Positions 37,636 to 50,572 of a stretch of 64,000 nt of DNA are shown in pieces. A program made the translations under genes and the position numbers. The notes below the pieces were generated by a model, which saw nothing but the letters and a program-made list of their open reading frames with translations, searched no databases and had not been told where the DNA came from. This DNA comes from Leucoraja erinacea (taxonomy: Eukaryota), in assembly GCF_028641065.1 (NCBI RefSeq), contig NC_073380.1:70370001-70434000 (forward strand). Reading direction: 5' to 3'. Each line of letters starts with the position of its first letter. Within the stretch, counting starts at the first letter, position 1.

Positions 37636-38958
37636 TCTATTGTGGCTGCCAGCTCTACTACCTTATGGCAATGGGGGGAAATAAATTGGCTTGTGTTTGG
37701 AGTATAAATAACGTTGTTTGACAAGATTCAAATGACTTAACTTGGCAGTGTGTAGGAAGAATATTGATACAAGTTATTCAAAACATTTTACCATAAATTT
37801 CAAGTTATGAATATTGCTTTTAGTAGGGTATTGATGATGTGGCAGTGTGAGCTTCAACATACAATTAAATCAGATGCTTATAAAGCCCGAGGATGGACAG
37901 CACAGTTATTAAAATTGTGAAATAGGTTATGAGAAAGATGAAAAGGTAATAGAGGATCATTTGCATTTCACAGGAAAGTACTGTCTTGTCAAGCAAATTG
38001 GTGCTATCAAAAGTATTTCTCTGAGCAAGTTCTAATTCCATAGAATAGATTCCCAGATGAGACGAGGGATAAGTAGTATTGGTAAATACAAATATAAATC
38101 AGATACTATGTTATATTTTGGAATAAAGCAAATTATAATTTGGGAAATTATATAGTTAAGTGCAATGTGTGTATTCCTGTCGGTATTCATGTAGAATACA
38201 CAAAATGTGGCTGCAGTGGTAGGAAGGACATAGTCATCTTAAGTTGTTATATTGAAATGGAAACTTAGAATCACAGTTAGCACCAAAGTATTCATATACA
38301 AAGTCATGTCCACATTAACTTTGATCTCACAGCTCATCCAAATGATACCACGTTATTTTAGAGTCATGCGGCATGGAAACACTCCCTTCGGCCAACTTGC
38401 CCACATCAACCAACATGCCCCATCTACACGTTCCACCTGTCTGTGCTAGGCCATGTCCTTCTAAACTTATCTTATCCAATTACCTGTCCAAATGTTTTTA
38501 AACAGTACCTGCCTCAACTACCTCTTTTGGCAGCTCATTCTATATACCGACCACCCTTTGTGTAAAAAAAGTTGCCCCTCAGGTTCCAATCAAATCTCCT
38601 TCCCTCACGTTAAACCTATGTCCTCTGGTTCTTGATTCCCCTACTCATTCCCCCAGTCTCCAAGGAATAGTCCTAGCCTGCTCCACCTCTTCCTATAGCT
38701 CAGGCTCTAAAGTCCTGGCAACCCTTTCTGGCTTAAGTCCTCCCTCCACCACCTCCAGTTTAAATTCCATTTGGAATATCTTGGAGGACCAAGAAACCAA
38801 GAACATCCTCACAAATCTTCTCTGTGCCCTTAGATACTGTGCCTTTTTCAGCTTAACAACATCTTTCCTATAATAACCAAAACTGAACACAATACTCCAA
38901 ATGTGGTCTCACCATTGTCTTGTACAACTGTGACATAAAACTCCAATTTCTATACTTA

Positions 38959-39649
38959 AGGGCCTGTCCCATTTACGTGTCCTTGGTATGCAAATTACAC
39001 GACCTCGTGGTCGCGTTGAAACGCGACAGTCCCGCGAAGGTCGCGCGCGATTTCATGCGTACGCACAGCCGTCTGGAGCGCGTGACGTAATTTGAAGATG
39101 GACACAAAGCTGGAGTAACTCAGCGGGTCCGGCAGCATCTCTGGAGAGAAGCAATGGGTGACGTTTCGTGTAGAGACTCTTCTTCAGTCTGAAAAGGGTC
39201 TTGACCCGAAACATCGCCCATTCCTTTTCTCCAGCGATGCTGCCGGTCCCACTGAGTTACTCTTGCATTTTGTGTCTATCTTCAATATTCTTGCCCTGCT
39301 CTGGGAGTAGGAGTGGGGGCGGATCCAGACTGCAACGGCCGTGAGCCCCAGGCCGAGTTCGGCGATCGTTTGCCTGCTTCTGCTGCTGTTAGAGGTGAGA
39401 CGTTGCATCGCGCCAGGGTCTTGGGCCTGTCCCACTTTGGCCGTCAGTTACACGACAGGCCGTTGGCACGCAAAGATTTAGTTCGCTACAAAAATTTCGG
39501 AGCCCCACGCAATATCGCGCACAACTACATACCCCTCCGCGTTTCTCAGTGGGACCAGCCCCATGCGGCCATACGATACCCGTGCGCCTCAACGCGACCA
39601 CGACGTCGCGTAATTTGCATGCCAAGGACACGTAAGTGGGACAGGCCCT
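38959..39649. mobile_element. PIF/Harbinger MITE (~60-bp TIR, TTA TSD) carrying an inverted pair of Penelope terminal units
   Basis: tta|agggcctgtcccatttacgtgtccttgg ... ccaaggacacgtaagtgggacaggccct|tta; internal palindrome ~39092-39285. Confidence 0.9.
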
Positions 39650-39875
39650 TTAATACTCTGTCTGATGAAGGCCAATGTGCCAAAACCCTGTTTGACCACA
39701 CTATCTTCCTGTGACGCCATTTTCAAGAAACTATATACCTGCAAGCCTAGATCTCTCTGCTCTACACCACTCTCTGAAGCGCTGCCATTCACTGTGAAGG
39801 TCCTGCCCTGGTTAGACTTCACAAAATGCAACACCTTACACTTATCCGTTCTAAGCTCCCTTAATCATTAACCTT

Positions 39876-40180
39876 AGGGGCGTGATGGCACAGCGGTAGA
39901 GTTGCTGCCTTACAGCGCTTGCAGCGCGGAAGACCCGGGTTCGATACTGACTACGGGTGCTGTCAGTACGGAGTTTGTACATTCTCCCAGTGACCGCATG
40001 GGTTTTCTCCAAGATCTTTGATTTCCTCCCACATTCCAAAGACATACAGGTAATTGGCTTGGTGTATGTGTAAATTGTCCCTAGTGTGTGTAGGATAGTG
40101 TTAATGTGTGGGGATCGCTGGTTGGCGCAGACTCGGTGGGCCGAATGGCCTGTTTCCGCCCTGCATCTCTAAACCAAACC
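39876..40180 (+). mobile_element. HE1-type SINE
   Basis: gatggcacagcggtagagttgctgcc...gggttcgatactg...gcatctctaaaccaaacc. Confidence 0.88.
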
Positions 40181-40842
40181 AATCCATTCCTCAGCTCAAC
40201 TGCCCAACCGATCAAGTTCCTGCTGCAATTTTTGACAACCATCTTTGCTGTCCACTGCAGGGTCATCTGCAAATATACTAATTATGCCTTGTACGTTCTT
40301 TTACAAATCATTGATAAAGATAACCAACAGGAATGGGCCTAGAATTCTGAGGCACCCCACTAATCACAGCCTCCAATCCAAAAAACAACCATCCAACATC
40401 AGCCTCCACTTTGCTGAAACCAATTTTCTATCCAGTCGGCTAGCTCGCCTTTGATCCCACACAATCTAACCTTCCAGAGCAGCTTACCCTGTGGAACCCT
40501 GTCAAATGCCTTGAGAAAATCCACGCTAAATGTTTACAGCTCTGCCTTCATCAACCTTTTTAGGTACATCTTCAAAAAACAGATTTGTGAGACACAATCT
40601 CCCATACAAAACCGTACTAACTATCCCTAACCAGCTCTTGCATATATAAATGCATACTTAAGAATACTCTCTCGTAACTTTCCGACCACAGATGTCAGAC
40701 CCACTGGCCTACAGTTGACAGGGTTTTCTTTGCAGCCCTTCTTAAATAGAGGCACATTTGCAATCCCCCTCGTCTATGTTTAATGATGACTTTGTCTAAG
40801 TTTAAGATGTAGATTACACAAAATCAATGAAACATCACCCAC

Positions 40843-40893
40843 TTCAGCTTGTGTCAGTGATGAATCCTCATCTTGAATCTTGCAGTTTTGTGC
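40843..40893 (-). CDS. PAG1: PAG1-like coding exon 5 (51 bp)
   Basis: ttgtgtttctcAG|AQNCKIQDEDSSLTQAE|GTGGGT, similar to human YKSREEDPTLTEEE. Symmetric phase 0. Confidence 0.78.
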
Positions 40894-41459
40894 CTGAGAA
40901 ACACAAGATACCGATTATTATATAAATAAAGATGATAATGAAATGTTATATTCTGTTCAATTTACAATAAATGGATGGCAGAAACTGACAAGTGTTGAAG
41001 TTTGGTTTTGGCATCTTGGTGACCTTTGCCAATGCATTAGTGAACAATATAATAGATAGAACATACACAAGAAAATTCAACCTCTTCAGGAAGCGAATAC
41101 ACAATATATTGTTAACCTGGTACTTGAGAATTAAACAAGCACAGACTATAATGATCAATTTGGGTTTGATTTGCCCAATAAATACAAAGGATACAATTGC
41201 ACAATTAACAGTTTAACTTGTCTTTGTATAAAGGGATATCTCAATCACTTTCAATCACACCCTCATGGCTGGAAGGTAAACAATAAGTGAGGATCTCATT
41301 AGTTTAAAAAGTGAACAGCCACAGGAGAATTTAAAAGTGTCAAATTGAAAACTTATTTCTTTCAGTCTCATGGCTTCTCATAATACAATATTTTCTTTGA
41401 GTTATTTCGCCTGTACTTTAGGTCACCCTCACTGATTCAACAACTTGTTAAGGAACCCA

Positions 41460-41588
41460 TTCGGAAGAAGGTTCTCGACCCGAAACATCACCCATCCCTT
41501 CTCTCCAGAGATGCTGCCTGTCCCGCTGAGTTATTCCAGCATTTTGTGTTCACCTTTTCTCTGGAGATGCTGCCTGTCCCACTGAGAA
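41460..41588 (+). mobile_element. Penelope terminal unit with partial tandem duplication
   Basis: gaagaaggttctcgacccgaaacatcacc; gagatgctgcctgtccc(g/a)ctgag occurs twice. Confidence 0.7.
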
Positions 41589-41879
41589 TTGGGAAATTTC
41601 CCATTGTGAAAAAAAGCAGTGTTTTTTTTATTGTTAGATATTGAAGTTGCTAGTCTTCAGAGGAACCTATTCTCATTTACAAGAGTAAATGCATCTCACT
41701 GCAATTATACAGGACCTTGTGAAACCCCACATGGAATGGTGTGTATTCACCTGATTACCCCTAAATAATGAATACACATACACATCAAACTTTTTGTTGT
41801 TTATTATGATGTTTACCAAGCACTATGTTTATATATCTTTTGTGATGCCACAAGTAAGAATTTTGTTGTTCAGTTTCCT

Positions 41880-42740
41880 TCAGCAGGAAGCTAGAGGATT
41901 GGGAAACATTTAAAGAGCAACAGAAGATAATTAAAAAGGCAAGACAGGGAGAAAAGATGAGATACGAAGCCAAGAGAGCTAGCCAAGAAAAAAATATTGA
42001 AGACAAATGTGGGTCCCTTGAAGACAGAAACAGGTGAATTTATTATGGGGAACAAGGAAATGGCAGACAAGTTGAACGGGTACTTTGGATCAGTCTTCAC
42101 TAAGGAAAACACAAACAATCTCCCAGATGTACTAGTGGCCAGAGGACCTAGGGTGACGGAGGAACAGAAGAAAATTCACATTAGTCAGGAAATGGTGTTG
42201 GGTAGACTGATTGGACTGAAGGCTGATAAATCCCCAGGGCCTGATGGTCTGCATCCCAGGGTACTTAAGGTACTTATTTTATTTTATTATTATTTTTTTT
42301 AATTTTTATTAACACAGTTAAGAATGTTTCATGGACACTGGCTGGTTTCTTACATAACAGCACTGTATTTAGTGGTGGCATCATAGTTTATGTTTCTATA
42401 CCAAGTGTATAACGTTACTAAATATGCGGTTTCCCTTTCTGCTTGTATGTTACAGTTTCACAGTTGAATACAGTAAAGAATCAACAAAATCTCGTGTCTA
42501 CGGGCCTTTATTGGATTAATTGTTTAACTTGCTAGATAGCTGGATAGATCTCTCTTCCTTTTTTTATTTTTTATATACACACTTCACGTTTTTCTACTTT
42601 CTACCATCTATTTTTCCACTTTTTCCCTTTTATTGCTTGTCTTGTCCTGCTTACTTTTCACATAAAACTACAGGTTGTACAAAGAATCAACGAAATTACA
42701 TAGTGTCTACGGGCCTTTGTGCTGGATTAACTTCTAATTG

Positions 42741-42771
<31 letters not shown>

Positions 42772-43483
42772 TAGCTGGATAGAGACATTCAGCAAGTCCA
42801 GTATAGAAAGTAAGCATGCGTGTATCGTAGGCAGCTAAGAAAGCTAATGGCATGTTGGCCTTCATAACAAGAGGAGTAGAGTATAGGAGCAAAGAGGTCT
42901 TTCTGCAGTTGCACAGGGCCCTAGTGAGACTACACCTGGAGTATTGTGTGCAGTTTTGTTCCCCAAATTTGAGGAAGGACATTCTTGCTATTGAGGGAGT
43001 GCAGCATAGGTTCACGAGGTTAATTCACGGGATGGCGGGACTGTCATATGTTGAAAGAATGGAGCGAGTTGGCTCGTATACACTGGAATTTAGAAGGATG
43101 AGAGAGGATCTTATTGAAACATATAAGATTAAGGGATTGGAAACACTAGAGGCAGGAATCATGTTCCCGGTGTTGGGGAAGTCCAGAACCAGGGGCCACA
43201 GTTTAAGAATAAGGGATAGGCCATTTAGAATGGAGATGAGGAAAAACGTTTTCACCCCCAGAGACTTGTGAATCTGTAAAATTCTGTGCCTCAGGCAGTG
43301 GAGGCCAATTCTCTGGATGTGTTCAAGAGAGCGATAGAGCTCTTAAAGATAGCGGAGTCAAGGGATATGGGTTGAAGGCAGGAACGGGTACTGATTGTTT
43401 AATGATCAGCCATGATCACAGTGAATGACGGTGCTGGCTCGATGGGCCGAATGGCCTACTCCTGCACCGATTGTCTATTGTTT
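41880..43483 (+). mobile_element. CR1/HER1 LINE, internally deleted, with a foreign insert at ~42275-42790
   Basis: ORFs 41997..42302 and 42852..43271 are homologous to the 29.3-29.75 kb and 30.6-31.3 kb parts of the long CR1. Confidence 0.9.
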
Positions 43484-43569
43484 CAGGACATACGAGAATA
43501 AAACACTCTTGACTTTATTTCAAAAAAAATATGTGGTCTGTTTAGAATCAGGATTTCAGAGCTCCTGAT

Positions 43570-44230
43570 TTGTCCCTCGAGTCATGGTATCTATTTCCCT
43601 CATGCACCACTCAGATCAGTCTTCTGCCTGTGCATTCCAAGGAAAAGCCCTGGCCTCCTCAACTTCTCTGTAGCTCAGGCCCTTGAGTTCTGGCAACATC
43701 TTCATGAATTCAAACACAATACTCCAATTGCAGCATCACCAATTCTACAGCAGTAACATTAAATCCAAACTTCTATACTAAATGATGAAGGTCAATGTTC
43801 CAGAAGCTTTCTTCACCACTATCCACCTATGGCACGACTTTCAGGGACTATGTACCTTTACTCCTAGATTCCTCTGTACAATACTCCTTAAGGTCACGCT
43901 GTTCACAGTGAAGGCCCCCCTTAAGGTCCCGCTGTTCACAGTGAAGGCCCTGCCCTGGTGGCTCGTACAAGTAAAAAGTAACAATCTTTTTCATCACAAG
44001 TATTTTTTGCAGGCATGAAAAAACGTCACGAGTTTACCGGATGTCCCAAGTACCTACCGTTAGCATTACGAGCCGCTACGAGACATCCACGAACTCCTAC
44101 GAACCCGTTACAGACATTCTCTGAGTTCAGATCAGGGGAAAGCTCGGGAGAACTCTTGAATTACCTCGGACAGTGGGACAGGGGCTTATGACTTCCTACA
44201 ATGCAAATTGTAACACCTCACACTTGTTCG
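43570..44230 (-). mobile_element. Old CR1 fragment with a 30-bp tandem duplication and a one-ended Harbinger insertion (~43960-44186)
   Basis: ccttaaggtc.cgctgttcacagtgaaggccc occurs twice (~43887-43951); right TIR cagtgggacaggggct ends at 44186. Confidence 0.65.
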
Positions 44231-44397
44231 GCCAGGAATGATTCTCTATCAGAAATGTACACTTAGGAATATCAACGTTGTTAGCATATAACTTGTCAAA
44301 AATAATGGCAGTTTTAACATGCATTTTCATGCCAGGCTAAAGTTACATGGTGATTAATACAAAATCACGTGCTGCCCATGCTGTCTCACTTTAATAT

Positions 44398-44493
44398 GGA
44401 CACAAAATATTGTAATAACTCAGCGGAACAGGCAGCATGTCTGGCTAGAAAGAATGGGTGCGTTTCAGGTCGAGACCCCGACCCTTCTTCAGT
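44398..44493 (-). mobile_element. Penelope terminal unit
   Basis: gacacaaaatatt...cgtttcaggtcgagaccccgacccttcttcag. Confidence 0.7.
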
Positions 44494-44857
44494 GGTTTAG
44501 GGTCACATCAATGCCTGGATCCTGAATCTTCTTTGGAATGACAAATTTAATGACAGTATATAGTATTTGGCTCATTTACGAAATTATTAAGGTTATACGA
44601 TTCGTCTGGAGTTTATTTTATTTGGCAACAAATATCCTTGAGAAAAGGCAATTAATAATAAATTTTAGGTTGAATCGGTGAACCTCCAACTTAAAGAGCA
44701 CAGCACAAACGGGTATTAACGCCATTGCAGAATTTGCTAACTCACTCACGATGGTGTACGAACAACAAATTAATCATGGAGAAAGCTGATATTATCCTCT
44801 CGATGCATTCTGGAGACAAACAACACCACACATTTTGTATCTTGGCCTGAAGATAGT

Positions 44858-45342
44858 ATGGCTTGACCCACTTGCGTGCGATTGCGTACGTCTGGCGAAT
44901 GACGTCATTTACATCATGCTTACAAATCAGCTGGGCAGGAGGTGGGCCGACTGAATTTGGGCATCGCACGGCATTGGGTGGTGACGTCATCATGCAACGC
45001 CACGCCGGGTGGTGATGTCATCACACAACGCTACGCGCTAGGCATACGCCGTCAAGACGCTGCGTATGCCATCAAGACGCTGCGTACAACTTTAAGACGC
45101 TGCGTACGACGCGAAGACGCTGCGTATAACTATAATGTGCCTGCGTGCGTACGCGGGCCGACAGGTCATTGGCACGCAAAGATTTCGCTCACTGCAAGAA
45201 TTTCGGAGCCCCGCGCGATGGCGGGACCGACCCCACACAACTCGAGACCCCTCCGCGCTTCTAAGTGGGACCGGCCCCGTGCGGCTATACGGTGCCCGTA
45301 CGCCTCAAGCGACCATGAGGTTGCGTAAGTGGGACAGGCCCT
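44858..45342. mobile_element. Harbinger MITE related to 38959-39649 (left end degenerate), with (aagacgctgcgta)n repeats
   Basis: Right end gcgtaagtgggacaggccct|tta; shares the block atttcggagcccc...gtgggacc.gcccc. Confidence 0.75.
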
Positions 45343-45769
45343 TTAATGTATAGTACAACAGAACCAAATTATATGGACTAATGCTTCTGAGGCTAGGACC
45401 GATTGAAACCGATGGCATCAATCAAGAGCTGTTGTAATGTTCGTCTCTGGACGGAGCTGAAATACTTCTACAAAGACATTGAAAGATAGCTCATTCGATC
45501 AGGTTAAACCATTTTATGTATCAACATAACAAGTCAGTCAATGTTTTCAATGACAACCCTTCCAGCAATGAAAACTAGGGTGTCCTATTCAGATTAGGAT
45601 AAAGATGACGTATAAACACCTCAAAATGTACATGGGGTGAAAACAAATGGGTATAACTAGGAAGGATGTGAAGCATTCTCAACTATGCTCTCAACAAACC
45701 GGTATTTGTTCCAGGAATGGTATGAACATTTATCAGTCATTGAAAAGCAACCATTGTTTCCCTCTCCAC

Positions 45770-46560
45770 CACCATCAAAAGCCATGTCAACTCTTGTGTT
45801 GACTTGTTTCACTTCCCAAATTTCTGCTCCATTTCCATCCCCCGAACCCCTTCTTCCTACTCAGACCAAGGAGGAGTAGGCTGGGGGTGGGAGGACCCCC
45901 TGACCCTCGGCTGCACATTCAAATTTCCACTACTCCGTCATGTTGATGGCCACAGCGAGCCAGCACAGGGAACAGCACCTCATATTCTGGGGACTACACC
46001 CCCGGGGCATGAACATCGAATTTATTCTGTTAGCATTTCAGCTCCCCTAAGGAGCCTTCTGTTACTATCTTTGGTTCACACCCCCGATCAGTCTGAAGAA
46101 GGGTTTCGAAACGCCCACTCTCATAGAGGCACTTTCCCAGCCATCTTGTGTTGACTTGTTTCACTTCCCAAATTTCTGCTCCATTTCCATCCCCATCCTT
46201 ACCAGACCAAGGATTAGGGGTCCCCTTGTCCTCGGTCTTGTTTCATGTTGATGCCACAAACCTCCTCATCCTCCCAGGGCTGGATGGTAATTCACTTCAT
46301 ACTTCCCGCATTCAGTGCTGGTTGCATTGTGTCCCATTCATTGGAGAAAACAAATGCAGAATAGGTGACCATTTGTGGAATGCATAGACACCTTTTCTCT
46401 ATATACACTTCACAAGGGGGCACCTGCAGATGTCAATCTCTTTAATCTTTGACCCACTCTTCACTGTGGCCAAAGCAAGCTTGAAGAATAGCATTTTATC
46501 TATCAACTGCCTATGACTTCCCTCAGGACCTAACGCCAAATTAAACAATTTCCAGATAAA
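45770..46560 (+). mobile_element. Two tandem degenerate Penelope fragments
   Basis: A ~50-bp block is repeated at 45792 and 46144; cagtctgaagaagggtttcgaaac at ~46089; GIY-YIG remnant FIGENKCRIGDHL. Confidence 0.6.
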
Positions 46561-46623
46561 CTGCCTCTGAATCAAAACACATGTTAGCAGCCTGAAACAT
46601 TAGAACACAAAGTGCTGGAGTAA

Positions 46624-47097
46624 AGGGCCTGTCCCACTTGGCCGTCATTTGCGCCTCATTTACGCTTCATATGTAAAATAGGTCAGCGCATTGTGACGCA
46701 CGGCACGGGTAGTAGCGCGGGACAGGCGCATGGAGAGGCGTGGAGGAGTGTGGAGTTGCGTGCGGTATCGCGTGGCGCTCCAGGATTTCGTCCTGTATGA
46801 AATCCTCATGCGCCACCTGCATGACGTATCGCGTACGCACGCTGATGCATTGGCTGATGCATTGGCGTCGCACGCTACATCCCGACGTCTCACGTGTATT
46901 GCGTGGTGACGCATGGTTACGTCACCGTGTGTAACCATGCGTCGCCGCGTGCCGCAGGGTATTCTAATGACGTCACGTGCACCAGATGGCATGATGTCGC
47001 ATGATTTGCGAGCGACGTCACGTGTAACGATGCGTCGACCTATTTTACATATGACACGTAAATGAGGCGCAAATGACAGCCAAGTGGGACAGACCCT
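46624..47097. mobile_element. PIF/Harbinger MITE (~65-bp TIR, TAA TSD) inserted in a Penelope terminal unit (46604-47235)
   Basis: gctggag taa|agggcctgtcccacttggccgtcatttgcgcctc ... gaggcgcaaatgacagccaagtgggacagaccct|taa cttagc. Confidence 0.92.
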
Positions 47098-48133
47098 TAA
47101 CTTAGCAGGTTGGCAGCATCTCTGGAGGACTTGGATAGGCAACGTTTCAGGTTTGGTCCCAGCTTCAGGCCTTGATTTACTCCAGCATTTTGTATTCTAT
47201 GCACGATTTCAGCATCTGCAATTACTTGCATCTCCAACTGGAAACATTAACTGTTTTGCTCTCTACAGATGGTACCTGGCTTCCTGACAATTTCCAACAT
47301 TATTTGATGTCAAATGTCAAGCATCTGAAATGTTTTGAATCTTCTCAGCTCTAGCATCTCTTTCCTTTACTCTGCATTTGTTCTTTACCTTACACTTAAA
47401 TATTTTGCAGCCAGACCATCTGTGATTAATACGCTTACACCCATTGACTGTCAATTGGCACCATCAATGTGTCATCCATTCTCTCCTGTTCTCCATATAC
47501 CTCCTTCAAAGGCACTTCCTTAGTTCTCCCCATCACTCTCCCGCAGCTTAACAACAAAGTCTTTGTTTTCTTAGACCTGATGCAGGGACAATGGCCTGAA
47601 ACAATGGCAGGGATTCTCTCTCCACAGGTTCTGCTTGACATGCTGAGTATTTTCAGTGTTTTGTTTTTATTTATGAAAGCTTACCCGATGAAAGACATGC
47701 AACACTAAACGGAACTAAACTGCATCTCTAAATATTTTAATTTAGGATGTCAGTTTTAAGAGCCACATGTTCAAAACAATTGATCATACAATAAGTTGTC
47801 ATTATTACTTAATATTGAACATGATCACACCACAAAAAAATTGGCAGGCAAACAAGGAGATCTCTTTTTAAAAGCATTTCTGCAAACCCAGAGGAAATTT
47901 GAGCTCCGCAAAGGAAACCTTTAAATAATCTTAGCCAACACCCCTCTTAACTTGGCTTCACATTTAGTAGGTTTATACATGATAACTTCACAGCTCAAGT
48001 TCTTTATTTACAATGTTTCACTTGTAAGATTCAACACAATACTATTACTATCATGGAGGAAACAAAGTTGCAAGATGTATACATGAAAGCAAGGCGCATG
48101 TAACTATAGTAAATGCTAATAAAGGAAATTTAT

Positions 48134-48805
48134 AGGGATTCCCTGTCCCACTTAGGCAATTTTTTCGGCGACTACAGGCGACTAGGCTGTCGTCACATGG
48201 CCGCGGGGTGACACCTGTATGGTCGTGAGTTGTCTCCTCAAGTCGCCTAAAGAGTCATAACGTTTTTCTGGTCGCCGCTGAACTTTGAAATGTTCAAAAC
48301 TTTTCGGCGACTGTGGGGTTGACGTAGCTTGTCTTCTCCTGTCGTAGGTGCTGTCGCCGGTTGTCACCAGGATGGCGCCGGTTGTCACGTAGGTGCTGTC
48401 GCCGGTTGTCACGTAGGTGCTGTCGCAGGTTGTCACGTAGGTGCTGTCGCCGGTGAATTTCATTGATGACTACCTACATCAACCAGCGACAGGTACCGGC
48501 AACTGAATTGTCTTCAATTGTCGCCGACAGGGTCATTGCTTGTCGTAGCTTGTCGCGGGTGGACCTAGGTTGACTTTGGTTGTCGCCTGTGTGGTTGTAG
48601 GTTGTCGTAGGTGTGCTCATAGGTGGACGTCCTAATCGGTCGCCGGTTGTTGGTAGCTTGACATTGACTAGGTGGTAGGTGGTCGTAACTTGTCATAGAC
48701 ATTGTCGTAGGGGTGGTCCAGTTGCCGCTTTTTCGGAGACCTGCTACAACTTTGACACTTGCCGGCAGTCGCCGAAAAGAAATCGCCTAAGTGGGACTGG
48801 ACCCT
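48134..48805. mobile_element. Harbinger MITE (same TIR family as 12754-13850) with a 24-bp tandem repeat
   Basis: cctgtcccacttaggcaattttttcggcgact / agtcgccgaaaagaaatcgcctaagtgggac; (gtcacgtaggtgctgtcgccggtt)n at ~48343-48454. Confidence 0.8.
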
Positions 48806-48818
48806 TAATCACTCTAAC

Positions 48819-49702
48819 AGCCCTTTTTCACGGGGCAACGACGCAAGATGTAGCCAGAGTGGAGTGGTCGTGGTCTAGCACGATATCACACGATATAACG
48901 GGGGTAGAGTAAAGAGTTCCCACTGTACTCGGCAATTCTGTCATTTGTGCGAGTGACTTGTCCGTCTCCCGATCTTTCCCGTTAATCGTGAATGAACATC
49001 GTGGACTGTAGTGTAGTTAATCACGTGGCACAAATGATGTTACTTTGTTGTCACACACTATATTGTTTTTTTTCACCCGAGCTCTTTAATGAGCTGAAGA
49101 ATAATCTGTGTTTCTTTAGACAAACGTTGTTTGGTGTGATCCACGTTCTCTCACTATGTGCAAGAAGTCGTCTTTTTATTTTGTCAAATATGAATAAAGA
49201 CTGTGTCTCACATTGACCGTGATGATTGTGTTATTTCTATCATCTACTGAGAGGTGAATCTTTCAGTCTCCCGAATCTTTCCCCTCGACCGTGAATGAAC
49301 ACCCGTTCCTTCTCTGATGCTGCCTGTAGTCCCGCACGTTGCTCCAAGCAACTGGTTACTCTGTTGTCACACACACTATATTGTTTTTTTTCTCTCTCCG
49401 AGCTCTTTAATGAGCTGAAGAATAATCTGTCTTTTTTTTAGACAAATCTATTTGGTGTGATGCACCTCTCTCTCTCTGTGCAAGAAGTCGTCTTTTTATT
49501 TTGTCAAATATGAATAAAGACTGTGTCTCACATTGACCGTGATGATTGTGTTATTTTATGATCTACTGAGAGGTGAATCTTTCAGTCTGAAGAAGGCTCT
49601 CGACCCGAAACGCTACCCGTTCCTTCTCTCCAGAGATGCTGCCTGTCCCGCTGAGTTGCTCCAAGCAACTGGTGTCTATCTTCAAAGGACTGACCAGGAC
49701 TG

Positions 49703-49748
<46 letters not shown>

Positions 49749-50317
49749 CCTCCCTCTCACACAGGCATGACTGGAGGAACTCCACTGGCCAGGCAGCATT
49801 TACGGAGGGAAATGGACAGGCGACCCATTCTTCAGGCTGCCTTATGTCTCTCTCCCCCCCCTCCCCCCAACTCCCACCCACACACACGAATGCTGGAGAA
49901 ACTCAGCGGGTGCAGCGGGGCCGAAACGTTGTCTATTTCCTTTAGGGGGGGGGGGGGGGTAGAGAGATAAGGCAGCCTGAGGAAAGGCTCGCCTGTCAAT
50001 TTCCCTCCGTAGATGCTGCCAGGCCCGCGGAGTTCCTCCTACCGTTCGCAGGAGTTCCCACGGTAACCGCAAGAGTTACTACGGATATCGCACTGGCCAC
50101 TACGTTCATAAAATGTTGCAATGCTCAACCACAAGTGTACAAGTCACTCTTGGACAAATTCAAACATGTTTGAATTTTCTCCCGAGTACCTAAGTTACAC
50201 GATTACCTGCCGTTAGCGCCACGGTGGTCCACGAATGCCGTACTGTTACCGCACGAGGTTCCCACGATGTTAAACTCTGGTTACCTCTTGCGTCAAGTCA
50301 CCCCGTGAAAAGGGGGT
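48819..50317. mobile_element. Harbinger-like non-autonomous element (~45-bp TIR) with a ~310-bp tandem duplication and Penelope-derived cargo
   Basis: agccctttttcacggggcaacgacgcaagatgtagccagagt vs reverse complement acccccttttcacggggtgacttgacgcaagaggtaaccagagt; duplication 48960-49270 / 49270-49590. Confidence 0.75.
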
Positions 50318-50404
50318 TTAATGGTGGACAGCTACTCGCCCAGGTTTGCCAACCAGTTATCAATGGCCAAGATTACAGGACCAAGTTCTTGCTACAGATA
50401 AAAG

Positions 50405-50572
50405 CAGTGGCGGACTGGGTCTAAAAATATTGGTTGCCAGGAGACAAAGGGGGCCCACCCACAACTACAATGCTATCATTTAACAGGGGCCCACTTGCCA
50501 TCACTTGCTATCACTTCATCAGGGGCCCACTTGCCATCAGGCAAGCTGACACCCTGGCCAGTCCTGCCACTG
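50405..50572. mobile_element. 168-bp hAT-type MITE
   Basis: TIR cagtggcggactgg / ccagtcctgccactg; 8-bp TSD gataaaag / gacacaag (6/8); internal ggggcccac repeats. Confidence 0.75.

Larger units (their letters stand above)
38355..40780 (-). mobile_element. CR1 LINE fragment interrupted by a Harbinger MITE and an HE1 SINE
   Basis: CR1 3' tail at ~38360-38460; aacacaatactccaaatgtggtctc, gatgaaggccaatgtgcc and gtggaaccctgtcaaatgcc motifs continue across the insertions. Confidence 0.8.
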
